Shown piece after piece: positions 50,269 through 62,075 of a DNA stretch of 64,000 nucleotides; position 1 is the stretch's first letter, and each line of letters opens with the position of its first letter. The stretch covers positions 56,603,717-56,667,716 of the forward strand of contig NC_092380.1 in NCBI RefSeq assembly GCF_030028105.1. Reading direction: 5' to 3'. This DNA is from Mobula birostris (taxonomy: Eukaryota). Under the pieces are notes generated by a model that did no database searches, was not told where the DNA came from, and saw nothing but the letters and a program-made list of their open reading frames with translations. The translations under genes and the position numbers were made by a program.

Positions 50269-50454
50269 AAACATGAGGAATTCTGCAGATGCTGGAAATT
50301 CAAGCAACACACATCAAAGTTGCTGGTGAACGCAGCAGGCCAGGCAGCATCTCTAGGAAGAGGTACAGTCGAAGTTTCGGGCTGAGACCCTTTGTCAGGA
50401 CTAACTGAAAGAAGAGCTAGTAAGAGATTTCAAATCTCTTTGATGTGTGTTGCT
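50269..50454 (-). mobile_element. Short Penelope-like insertion with terminal inversion
   Basis: 13-bp TSD TGAGGTTTCATGT (50256-50268 and 50455-50467); mutated hammerhead (CTGACAA) at 50366-50403. Confidence 0.82.
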
Positions 50455-51087
50455 TGAGGTTTCATGTGAGCTTTTTTCCACAGTGACTTTCTCTTTGCCA
50501 CTCTCCCACAAAACTGTGACTGGTGAAGCACCTGGGCAACAGTTGTATGCGCAGTCTCTCCCATCTCAGCTACTGAAGCTGGTAATTCCTCCAGAGTTCT
50601 CATAGGTGTCTTGGTAGCCTCTTTCACTCACCCCCTTCCTACACAGTCACTCAATTTTTGAGTATGGCCTCTAGGCAGATTTACAGCTATGCCATATTCT
50701 TTCCATTTCTTGATGATTGACTTAACTATACTCTAAGGGATATTCAATGATTTGGAACTGTTCTTGTATCCATCTCCGGACATGTGCTTTTCAATAACCT
50801 TTTCACGAAGTTGCTTGGAGTGTTCTTTTGTCTTCATGGTGTAGTTTTTGCCAGGATACTGACTCACCTGCAGTTGGACCCTGTCTGTCTGTCTGTATCT
50901 TGCTTTACAGCAGTTGGCATCCAGCTTAATGGTGCATTACCGCCACCCTCTGCTCCAGAATGTGCACTAGACATACATTCTAAATCCCTTCACCCAATCA
51001 CACACACACACACACGCATGCACACCTACACTTCACCCTCCCATCTTTGACCATCCTAGCATCCTATTCCTGTTTATTTGTCATATT

Positions 51088-54000
51088 CTATAAAAAAACC
51101 CCTGTATCCCTTAAAAATGCTGAAAATACCCAGACTTGTGCTCTCTTACCCATGCCCAGCAACCCTTTTAATGTGAATTCCCGCATCCCCAAATCCCTTA
51201 ATTTATTTCTCATCATCTCTCTCTGTATCCCATACTTCCTGCAACTCAGAACTACATGTTCTACTGACTCCTCTTCCTGACATTCCTCACACAATCCTGT
51301 CTGGTGTTTCCCTATCATTTTCAATGTTTTGTTTAATGCACAATGCCCCAGCCTTAACCTAGTCCACACAATTTCCTCTCTTCTGTTTCCATTACCTAGC
51401 CTAGTAACTGCAACACTCTTTTGTATTTGATATAAATGCCTCCCTTTCCCCTCCCTGTCCCATCTTTCTTGCCACATTCGGTTGACTTTTTCCCAGATTA
51501 CACACTTAACCTCTGCTTTACTGATACTAATGTGCATTTCCACATTTTCTTTCTTTAACACCCTCTTTGCCAACTCATCCATCCTCTCATTCCCCTTCAC
51601 CCCTACATGTGCTGGAACCCATAGAAATTTTACCTGACCTCCCTGATTTGCAATCCTTGTAACTAACTGAAGGACTTCATAAAGTACATCTTGCCGACTG
51701 TTTGTGTGAAAAGACCTTAAACTTGCTAGAACGGAGGATGAATCTGAATATATCAATGCTTTGACTTGTCTGGCTTTCTGCACCCATTGCAACGCAACCA
51801 ACACTGCCAGCATCTCCACTGTAAACACTCCTAACTTATTAGATGTTCTTCTGCTGATTCCAATTTCTTTTGCTGGTATGACCACCCCAAACCCTGTCAC
51901 TCCTGTTGCAGGTTCCTTCGCACCATCCGTATAAATGTGAGTATAATCTCTATACTTTTCCATCACATGACAGTTAAATGCATTTACCAAATCTGTTTTA
52001 TATCTTTCTTTCCTTTTTACCTCTAACAAATGCCAGTCTATGTCAGGCCATACAAGCTTCCATGGAGCTACAACCGGATAAACTACTGAAGGACTTATCC
52101 TCAGATCAAATACTCCACATTCTTTCGCGATATCATTCCCTACCCGACTAAAGGTATCCCTCTGAAACCTCCCATTTTCCCAGCACTCCTGCAACACTCC
52201 TTTAGTAGGGTGAGAATCATTGTGCCCCTGCAAGTTAGCCCAGTAGTTTGCCATCAGTTGCATCCTTCTTAGTTCCAAAGGCATTATTCCCATTTCTATC
52301 TGTAGGGCTGACACTGGTGACGTTTTAAAAGCCCCACTGCACACTCTCAAGGCCTGAGCCTGAATCACATCCAGTTTCCTTATAAGAGACCTAGCTGCTG
52401 ATCCATATACTATATTTCCATAATCCAATACAGATCTTACTAAAGCCACATACATTCTCTTCAAAGCTGAACAACTTGCTCCCCATTCCCTACCAGTCAA
52501 ACATCTCATCACATTTATTACTTTTTTACATTTCTCCTCAACTTTCCTGATATGGTCTGCCCATGTTAATCGTGAATCAAATATAACTCCCAGAAATTTA
52601 AATGATGCAACCCTTTCTAATTCAACCCCATACATCCTTAACTTCTTCCCTACCTCAACCCTTTTCCTGGTAAAAAATACAGATTGAGTTTTGTCTACTG
52701 AAAATCTACATCCCCAATCATAACCCCACTCCACCACTTCATCAATTGCTTCTTGTAGTTTCCTAATTATATGGTCCATGTTCCTGCCTCTTTTCCACAA
52801 GGCCCTATCATCCGCAATCAGTGACCTACCTATATCCACTGGTACCTTTGTGAAGACATCATTGATCATAATCATGAAAAGTAATGGGCTAATCACACTA
52901 CCTTGAGGTGTGCCATTTTCCACTATGTACTGTTTTGATAATTCTGATCCAATCCGAACTTGAATTTTTCTACCAAACAAAAAATCTTTAATCCAATTAA
53001 AAACTCTCCCACCAACCCCCATCTTGTGCAGTTTAATTAATAATCCTTCCTTCCACATCACATCATAGGCTTTTTCAATGTCAAAGAACACTGCCACTAC
53101 TGACTCTCTATTTGCCTGGGCCTTCCTTATTTCAGTCTCTAACATAATCACTGAGTCCATGGAATTCCTTCCCTTTCTAAAACCACTCTGATAACTTGTC
53201 AGCATTCCCCTTTTCTCAAGCTCATATGATAACCTTTCTGTTATCATCCTTTCCATTATCTTACATATACTTGATGTTAATGCTATTGGTCTGTAGCTAG
53301 TGGGTTTTGACAGATCCTTGCCAGGCTTTCTTATTGGAATTACTACTGCTTCTTTCCATGCACTTGGTAATCTTCCCTCCTCCCACACTCTGTTATAAAA
53401 ATGCAGCAACTTCAAGAGCGCTCCTTCTCCTAGATTTTTTAGCATCACAGAGCATATCAGATCTTTCCCTGGGGAGGTTGGTCTCGATGTCTTTATTGCT
53501 CTCACCATTTCTGCTAATGTAAATGGATCATCAATTATATCATCTGTTCCTTCCCTCCTGCTTAACACATCTGGGCGTTGGCTCATTATTCTTTCCCTTC
53601 TTCAGACAAATTTTCTGAACTGTGTATCAGTACAAATGACTTGGCCATGACCTCAGCCTTATCCCTACTGGAGACTGCAGTTTCCTCCTCAGATATCATT
53701 ACTGGATATTCCCATTCCCTTCTATCTCCTCCCATCCTCTTAATCATTCCCCATATCTCTCCCACAGGTGTTGTTCTTCCTATCTTGTTACAAAAACTCC
53801 TCCAACTTGCCCTTTTAGCTTGACGTATAGTTCTCCTCACCACTGCCTGTGCTTTCTTATATTGAACCAAATGCTGCATATTATGGGTTCTTTTAACTAG
53901 CCTGAATGCTCTATTTCTGTTTTTTACAGCCTGACAACATTCCTCTGTCCACCATGGTACCAGTTTTCTATTCATCCTATTTTTACTCCTAGCTATAGAT

Positions 54001-54824
54001 CCTTCTGCTGCCAGGATAATTGCTGAAGTCACCTGACTGTTTAATTCATCTACATTTCCAGAAATATCAATCTTTGTCAACCCTTCTTCACTCAACTTCT
54101 GGAACTTACCCCAATCAGCTTTTTCAAACACCCACTTTGGGGTTCCGCCACCTGGTCTTACTTCAACTCTTTCACCCACTGAACACAAAACTGGGTAGTG
54201 ATCACTGCCTACTGTTGAAGCAGTCCAAACTCCCCAGTTACTAATGCCAGCCAAGGTATTAGACACTAACGTAATATCTAACACTGACTCAGTTCCTGTT
54301 GTTATATCTATCCTTGTGCCGCTACCATCATTCATACACACCAAATCCCTTTCTTCCATCAAATCTTCAATTACCTTTCCATTTGGATCTGTAATCTGAT
54401 CCCCCCATATTGTGCTATGAGCATTGAAATCTGCACACCACACTACTTTATGTCTGTTTTGTCCTTGTATCTTTAATAGGCTGTCCAAATCCAACCTTTT
54501 ACATGGATTGTAGTAGTTAATTATAACCACTCCCTCCCCTCTCTCCCACACTTCCACCACTATGTATTCCTGATCATCTCCTTTTTCCAATACCCTATAT
54601 GGTATACCTTGCTTGATTAACATAGCACAAACCCCTCCTCCCCCTAGATTTCTATCTTTCCTTATTATTGTATACCCATATACCACAAAGTCTAAAGTTG
54701 GTTTCAACCAAGTTTCCTGAATACACACTACATCCGGTTTTACAACCATTTCTTTAATAAAGTGCTTGAATTCCCAGCTATTGGCCAGTAAGCTCCTTGC
54801 ATTCCATTGTAAAAGAATCACCAT
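51088..54824 (-). pseudogene. LINE ORF2: AP endonuclease + reverse transcriptase + RNase H + C-terminal CCHC, one frameshift near 53590
   Basis: LQWNARSL, CIQETW, DFNAH, GSDHYP; SYRPIALTS, FFDIEKAYD, GTPQGSVISP, IADD; IYTDGAK, IYSDS, WVPAHVGVKGNE; CEECQEEESVEHVVLSC. Confidence 0.93.
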
Positions 54825-54832
54825 AATTAGTA

Positions 54833-55876
54833 TTAACCAACACATGACACTTCCTGGCTTGACTGATTACTGAGGTTCTCCCTCACTTCCTCCCATGTCA
54901 GTCCTACTAACCCTAAATGGTTTACTGCTGCTTTTACCACCAGCTGAATTTTGTCACTTTTTGACTTTACCTCAGCAGTACTATTAATCACTCCTGCAAT
55001 GAATGTTACTAGAGCCTTTTTGTCTACATAAATCCTGTCATTTGTTCTTTGTTGCATCTCTCGTATCCCTATTGCTCCCTGTTCATTAGGAACATTATTC
55101 TGTTCTCTTGACACTTTTACAGCTTCTGCATAAGTGATCTTTCTTTTCACTTTTATTTCTTGAATTTTAGTCTCCCGTCTCACAACCGCACACCCACTAT
55201 ATGCAACATTATGAGCTCCTCCACAATTGCAGCATTTTGGTTGAACTCCTGTTCCGCACTTTCCATATTCATGATCACCCCCACATCTAGCACATCTCCT
55301 CTGCCTTTTACAGTTTTTAGCCACGTGTCCAAACCTTTGACAATTATAGCACCTCAGTGGCTTTGGCACATACACCCTTACTGGGTAACTCATGAAACCC
55401 AGGAACACCTTCCTTGGCACTCTTTCTTCTTCAAATTCAATCAATACTGATTCACTTTCCTTTTTCACTCCCTCCTTTGTTGTTTTCAGTCTTTGAACAT
55501 TCATTACTTTCCCTCCTTTGAGATTCCTCTTTATCTCCTCCATATTTATACTCATTGGTATCCCCGTGATCACTCCTTTACAACCACTGTTTTGTGCTCC
55601 CACCCTCCCAGTGTATTCCACCTTGCATTTTCCTATCTCTTTTAGCTTGAGTGCTTTCTCAAGTTGTTCCTCATTCGCACATCTTACCAATAAGTTGCCA
55701 TCATTAAGGACTTTTGCAAATACTATTTCCCCTACCTTATTTGTCAGAGTTGTTGTTAGCACAAACGGGTTAATTTTCTTCATATGTCCCTGAGCCTTCT
55801 CATTAAACCTAATTATGACAACACCTCCTCTCTGAGCTTGTTCATCTTCCTCACTTTGAGCTTTCTCCACTATCAT
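54833..55876 (-). CDS. LINE ORF1, gag-like nucleic-acid-binding protein with three CCHC knuckles (true start probably ATG 56063, upstream of a frameshift)
   Basis: CYNCQRFGHVAKNC, CARCGGDHEYGKC, CCNCGGAHNVAYSGC, ITYAEA. Confidence 0.88.
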   Translation of the reverse strand: MIVEKAQSEEDEQAQRGGVVIIRFNEKAQGHMKKINPFVLTTTLTNKVGEIVFAKVLNDGNLLVRCANEEQLEKALKLKEIGKCKVEYTGRVGAQNSGCKGVITGIPMSINMEEIKRNLKGGKVMNVQRLKTTKEGVKKESESVLIEFEEERVPRKVFLGFMSYPVRVYVPKPLRCYNCQRFGHVAKNCKRQRRCARCGGDHEYGKCGTGVQPKCCNCGGAHNVAYSGCAVVRRETKIQEIKVKRKITYAEAVKVSREQNNVPNEQGAIGIREMQQRTNDRIYVDKKALVTFIAGVINSTAEVKSKSDKIQLVVKAAVNHLGLVGLTWEEVRENLSNQSSQEVSCVG

Positions 55877-56969
55877 TTCTTATTCTTTTATTCCCTTTGT
55901 CTTGGTTTTTATTCATCCGACCCCTCACTACCTCCTCATTCCTTTTATTTCTCCCTTCACAATAATCCACCTCTCCCCAGCTGCCTACCTCTGGTCCCAA
56001 GTCTCTATCCCTCTCCTTCTCCACTTTCTTTCCCTCAACCCCGCCTCTTATCTTATCCGCCATTACCAGACCCACACGACCCCCTCCCAGCAATTTCCGT
56101 TCCTTCCCCACTCTCTTTCCCTCAACAGGTTCCAAAACACACTCACACATCAAGCAAAACACAACTAGCTTCCAGTCCAACCACTCCTAGCCCAGCCCTC
56201 TCTGCAATTGGACCCTCCAGCTACAGGTGTATTTTTACTACAATCAATTGAAACACCTTGACTGCACATGGTGATCTCAATTTAATTAATTATTGACTTC
56301 TAAAACCAATTGGCTGCACCGGTGATGAATTGGTGTGTCGTACTAAAAGGGCTGAATACTTATACAATCAATCATTTTATGTTTTGTATCTGTTAATGAT
56401 TTAGATCACTTTGTAGAAATCTGTTTTCACTGACAAGAAAGAATCTTTTTCTGTTGATCAGTGTCAAGAAAAGCCAAATTAAATCCATCGTGATTCAATG
56501 ATGTTAAACAATAAAGCATGAAAACTTCTGGGGGGTGGTGGTGAATACTTTTTGTAAGTATTGTATCTGAAGCTTACTTTCATATTCAATTCCCATTAAA
56601 ATAAAATGAGTATTCAACTTGAGCGGGGTGCTGGAAGCCAAGCCCATCATATCCTTGCTTAATGTGCATGTATGCTTTCAGCAGAATCAAAGAGATTTGC
56701 TGCATTTATCTGTTCAGGGAACAGTTTACGTTAATGCATAAACCATTGGTCCTGGGGTCTTGTGTTTGGACTGGTTTAATTCCACATTGGGGATTGCATT
56801 TTCCAACCAAGTCAGTGAGGTACCCTCTGCTACACCAAACATTGATGCAGTTGTCTCCTTGTTAGTTACTGCCCATTATGCCACTGGTGTTTAGCACAGC
56901 AATGTAGGTCCTCACTGTCTGTCTGTCATTGGCCATCCTTGGCAGCTTTGGGCCTGTACTCACTGGAAT

Positions 56970-57350
56970 TTAGAAGAATGCGGGGGATCTCATTGAAAGC
57001 ACTAGATAGGGTGGATGTGGAGAGGATGTTTCCTGTGATGGGTTATTCAGAATTAGAGGGCACAGCCTCAGAATTAAATGTGACCTTTTAGAACAGAGAT
57101 AAGGAGGAAATTTTTTAGCCAGGGAGCAGTGAATCTGTGGAATGCTCTGCCACAGACTGCGGTGGAGGCCAAGTCCGTGGGTATATTTAAGGTGGAAGTT
57201 GATCGTTTCCTGATCAGTCAGGGCATCAAAGGATATGGTGAGAAGGCAGGTGTGTGGGTTTGAGTGGGATCCGGGATCAGCCATGATGGAACACTGGAGC
57301 ATGCTCGATGGCCTAATTGTACTCTTATGTCTTGTGGTATTATGGTCTTG
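56970..57350 (+). mobile_element. CR1 3' fragment
   Basis: gggcacagcctcagaat...gtgaatctgtggaatgctctgcc...ggcctaatt, the same 3' end as 1-445. Confidence 0.72.
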
Positions 57351-57522
57351 TCTTCTCTATTGTCCTCCATATATGGTTCATATTTAATGTACACATTGTG
57401 TCAATCTATTTGAGATCTTACACTTTGTACCAATCCATGGCAGGGAGTCCTTTTTGATTAAGACTAGCACAGTAATTCCACAGGAGAAAATGAGCAACAG
57501 CCAGTCATTTGTGGAAAAAGTT

Positions 57523-59311
57523 TAGAAACATAGAAAACCTACAGCACAATACAGGCCCTTTGGCCCACAGTGCTGTCGAACATGTACTTACTTTAGAAAT
57601 TACCTAGGGTTTCCTATAGCCCTCCATTTTTCTAAGGTCCATGTACCTATCCAGGAGTCTCTTAAAAGGCCCTATCGTATCCGCCTCCACCACAGTTACC
57701 GGCAGCCCATTCCACGCACTCACTACTCTCTGCGTAAAAAAACTTAACCCTGACATCCCCTCTGTACCTACTTCCAAGCACCTTAAAACCGTGCCCCCTC
57801 ATGTTAGCCATTTCAGTCCTGGAAAAAGCCTCTGACTATCTACACAATCAATGCCTCTCATCCTCTTATACACCTCTATCAGGTCACCTCTCATCCTCCG
57901 TCGCTCCAAGGAGAAAAGGCCAAGTTCACTCAACCTGTTCTCATAAGGCATGCTCCCCAATCCAGGCAGCATCCTTGTAAATCTCCTCTGCACCCTTTCT
58001 GTAGTTTCCACAGCCTTCCTGTAGTGAGGCGACCAGAACTGAAGATAGTACTCCAAGTGGGCTCTGACCAGGGTCCTATACTGCTGTAACATTACCTCTC
58101 GGCTCTTGAACTCAATCCCCTGGTTGATGAGGGCCAATGCATTGTATGCCTTCTTAACCACAGGGTCAACCTGCAGAGCAGCTTTGAGTGTCCTATGGAT
58201 TCAGACCTCAAGATCCCTCTGATACTCCACACTGCCAAGAGTCTTACCATTAGTACTATATTCTGCCATCATATTTGACCTACCAAAATGAACCACCTCA
58301 CTCTTTTCGGGGTTGAACTCCATCTGCCACTTCTCAGCCCAGTTTTGCATCCTGTCAATGTCCCGCTGTAACCTTTGACAGCCCTCTACACTATCCACAA
58401 CACCACCAACCTTTGTGTCATCAGCAAATTTACTAACCCATCCCTCCACTTCCTCATCCAGGTCATTTATACATCACAAAGAGAAGGGGTCCCAGAACAG
58501 ATCCACTGGTCACCAACCTCCATGCAGAATATGACCAATCTACAACCACTCTTTGCCTTCTGTGATCAAGCCATTTCTGGATCCACAAAGCAAGGTCCCC
58601 TTGGATCCCATGCCTCCTTACTTTCTCAATAATCCTTGCATGGGGTACCTCATCAAATGCCTTGCTGAAATCTGTATACACTATATCTACTGCTCTATCT
58701 TCATCAATGTGTTTAGTCACATCCTCAAAAAATTCAATCAGGCTCGTAAGGTACTTTATAAGTAAGTTACTTACTTACTTACTTCGTAAGCCTTTGACAA
58801 AGCCATGCTGACTATTCCTGATCATACTATGCCTCTCCAAATGTTCATAAGTCCTGCCTCTCAGGATCTTCTCCATCAACTTACCAACCACTGAAGTAAG
58901 ACTCACTGGCCTATAATTTCCTGGGCTATCCCTACTTCCTTTCTTGAATAAGGGAACAACATCTGCAACCCTCCAATCCTCTGGAACCTCTCCTACTCCT
59001 CATTGGTGATGCAAAGATCATTGCCAGAGGCTCAGCAATCTCCTCCCTCACCTCCCACAGTAGCTTGGGGTATATCTCATTCGGTCCCAGTGACTTATCC
59101 AACTTGATACTTTCCAAAAGGTCCAGCAAATCCACTTTCTTAATGTCTATATGCTCAAGCTTTTCAGTTCGCTGCAAGTCATCCTTACAATCACCGAAGT
59201 CCTTTTCCGTTGTGAATACTGAAGCAAAGTATTCAGTACCCCAGCTATCTCCTCCAGTTCCATACACACTTTTCTAATGTCACACTTAATTGGTTGTATT
59301 CTCTCATGTCT
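57523..59311 (-). mobile_element. CR1 LINE, 5'-truncated, frameshifted
   Basis: EYFASVFT, DFSKAFDEVPH, VSKFADDTKVGG, VRAHLEY..QFWSPHY, RGDLIEVYK. Confidence 0.9.
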
Positions 59312-60734
59312 TAATAAAGTTTGAGAATTTATTAAGTTGAAAAATTCAGGTAGTAGATGACAAATAGGTCACATCTCTCAATGTGTGGGGGTCCTTTGAT
59401 ACAGTGGCATTGTCTACAGTCTACTCTCTTAATTTGTTTTCTCCTGAAGTGTAGTTCTGTGCTTAATTTCATTGCTCAGTTAAACACCAGTCAGTCTTTA
59501 AAAAAATCTACTTGATTTCAATGCCACTGCCATTAATATTCCAAGTGTCCTTTCAATTCCACGTAAGTGATAGGGTGGCCATTTTTTACCGTTATCTCTT
59601 TGACACAGATCATTCACACAGTTCCTACACCTTTCTTCCTGCATATCTCCAATCTTGTGAACAATTGCTCATGTCCCTTTGTCTCTAGCTGGTTAATGAC
59701 CGTAGACTTCTGATAAGCCTTGTCTTTGAATGGAACCTTTATAAGTCACTGCTGATTACATTAATGGTAACTGCATGGAAAGTTTACTTTAATGAAGAGA
59801 TATTTACAGACAGTTTCGGTCTGTAGTTTCTTCTCAGCTCATTTCAGAATCAGAGATCTTTGTCACATTTTACACAAATTACATTTTTGTGTATAGTTAT
59901 TACATAATAACCCCTCAACTCTTTAACAATTAACCCAATTTCTCATCACACCTTATGATTGCAGGTTCAGAATTATTCACGGATAAAATATTGAAAAAAT
60001 GTGTTTGATTCTGTACTACCCTAAAGTAGGACTGATGCTGAAGCAGCTTTGATATGACTTGCTCTTTATTTTATTCTCGTGCAAAGGTAGTTTGTTCTTC
60101 AGATGTTGGAAAATGCAGTTCAAAGGGTGCTCAAGACACTAAATTATTACAAGCACTTTATAGAATTATTCAAATAAATTGTAGGTGAAGTGATATCAGC
60201 GTCCCCTCCCAGAGCTGACATTCCCAGCGGTGAAGCCCTAACTACAGTCAATCAGTGGGAATATTGTTCAGATATCTCACACCGTACTCTCAAAATGCAT
60301 ATCGTACTCCAAGCTCTGTCATGGGAAAAAATTATTATCAGGTGGAGATATTTCAAGGATGTTCTCAAAGCCTCCTTGAAACAAATTAACCTCTTCAGTG
60401 TGTTGGAATCTCTGGCCTGTGGCTGCTCAAAATGGAGAAGGAGCCTTCAGGATGGCATTGAAAACCTTGTGTCCCTTTGGAGTAACTTAAGCTCAGTAAT
60501 GCACTGTGTAATGATTTGATTTATATGAACTACATGCAAGACAAGTTCTCACTGTACTTTAGTACATGTGACAATAATAAAGCAATTCCAATTCCATAAA
60601 GAGCAACCAACCATCCTCCCATCCATTTCCCCAGTCAAGTACCCCCGGCCTCTCTGTGGCAGAGTCTGAAGTTTCCAGGTTGACCTTTGAGCCCAGAGAA
60701 GTGGAGTGGAAGCAAGTCATACTTGACTTTATGG

Positions 60735-60801
60735 TACAAACAACAGGAATTCTGCAGATGCTGGAAATTCAAGCGTTCACCAGCAACTTTGATGTGTGTT
60801 G
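60735..60801. mobile_element. 67-bp Penelope-terminus insertion with internal inversion
   Basis: 13-bp TSD CTTGACTTTATGG (60722-60734 and 60802-60814); both halves match the element at 14499-14793 in opposite orientations. Confidence 0.75.
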
Positions 60802-61593
60802 CTTGACTTTATGGGATTGCTTAAGAAGTTTTCAGTGTTCTGCTTTGTCTGTTTTATGGTACTGAATTAAATGTGCCACCAGAGGGCAATACATTCTGCT
60901 CTTCTGTTTCCAGGTACCCTTGAGGGTTGCAGAGTGAATGAGGAATTGTGGCTTCTTCACAATTCTCCAAAACGTACTGCAATATTTGTGTGGGTCCAAG
61001 GGAGTCACGCCAGTGTAATGAAGAAATGATTAAAGAATACTACATCTAGGAAAATTCCTAAAATAAATTATAGTTATAATTCAGAGGCAACAGAACACAG
61101 TATTCCATCTTCCATAAATGATTTAGGATTGCTTTGCACTGTGGGCAATGGCACAGGATCTTAACTTTAAAAAATGTTGGACATTTACTTAGTACAACTG
61201 AGGGTAACAAGAAAAATTTGATTTTAGTATTTACATCACTAAATTGTTAAAAATAGGATTTCTGTGTTTGTGTGTTAATTTATTACTTCCATCAGTTGAT
61301 GTTTTCCCTCCATTAGCCAGCATGAAGCTGAATACCATAACAGGTGAAGATTGTAATTTTAGGGTCAAATGGTTCACATATTTCTCTGCAAGTTCTTCAT
61401 CATTTTGTTTCATTTGTGTAATGGGACAGTTCTATTAATGAAGTGGGAAATTATTTTCCAGGACTGTCCCTATGCAGCGTCCATTATTTGCTGGCAGTTT
61501 TCAAAGAGGTCTTGAAATCATTCAGCAATAATCAATATGAATGAGTTGGTAATATTTCATTTAACGTTCCATTTGTTTTCTCATTTTACACAG

Positions 61594-61648
61594 ACCACGA
61601 CAAACCAAAAGAAATCGCTATCCGAAACCTTCCATCTAATACAGAGAG
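61594..61648 (+). CDS. PIDD1: PIDD1 55-nt linker exon
   Basis: Pyrimidine tract plus cag; (D)HDKPKEIAIRNLPSNTE(S); GTACTG donor; supplies the phase 1 to phase 2 change needed to join the flanking exons. Confidence 0.8.
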
Positions 61649-61734
61649 GTACTGGTCAGTTATTGCCTGATTGAATTAGCCATTTTATTTAGATGCACTA
61701 TGAAAGCTAAATGTACTATTTTGAAATGTTCCAG

Positions 61735-61936
61735 CTTCACTATTACTGCTGAGGGTTGCAATGTTGCTTTGCCCTGCGGAATTGAAATCAATTTCCCACC
61801 TGAGGCTGTTTCTTTGATGACGGTGATCTCTTGCAATGTCATAGCCCCGGACCCTCAGCAGGTGAAACTCAAGCATCATGACTTCTTACTGAGCCCTGTT
61901 CTGGAACTACTTCCTCACGGTATACAATTTAAAAAG
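61735..61936 (+). CDS. PIDD1: PIDD1 first ZU5-domain exon (202 nt)
   Basis: SFTITAEGCNVALPCGIEINFPPEA..HDFLLSPVLELLPHGIQFKK; ccag acceptor, GTACGA donor. Confidence 0.93.
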
Positions 61937-62075
61937 GTACGAACTCGTCATCTAAATACGTATGTTGGTATTTTTCCTGGAATTGCTTGTAGTAGGGTGG
62001 TCAGTGCTTTTTAATATGCATGAATTATTCTGATGAGAATCCTTTTGAAATTACTAGGTCTAATTTATATTAGCA

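Larger units (their letters stand above)
50883..56201 (-). mobile_element. Full-length I-group (Nimb-like) LINE, 5319 bp
   Basis: ORF1 plus ORF2 (APE-RT-RNase H), (ACAG)n 3' tail, 15-bp TSD CTGCARTTGGACCCT (50868-50882 and 56202-56216, one mismatch). Confidence 0.92.
47871..56563 (-). mobile_element. Tc1 transposon (IR/DR type), ~1.6 kb of its own sequence interrupted by three retroelement insertions
   Basis: TA-flanked ~210-bp inverted repeats (CAGTACCTATAAAAAGTGTTCACC versus its degenerate reverse complement); transposase remnants DETKIEL, GDGCIML and LKRAVH..NLTELEQFCKEE..KGAPTNY. Confidence 0.9.
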
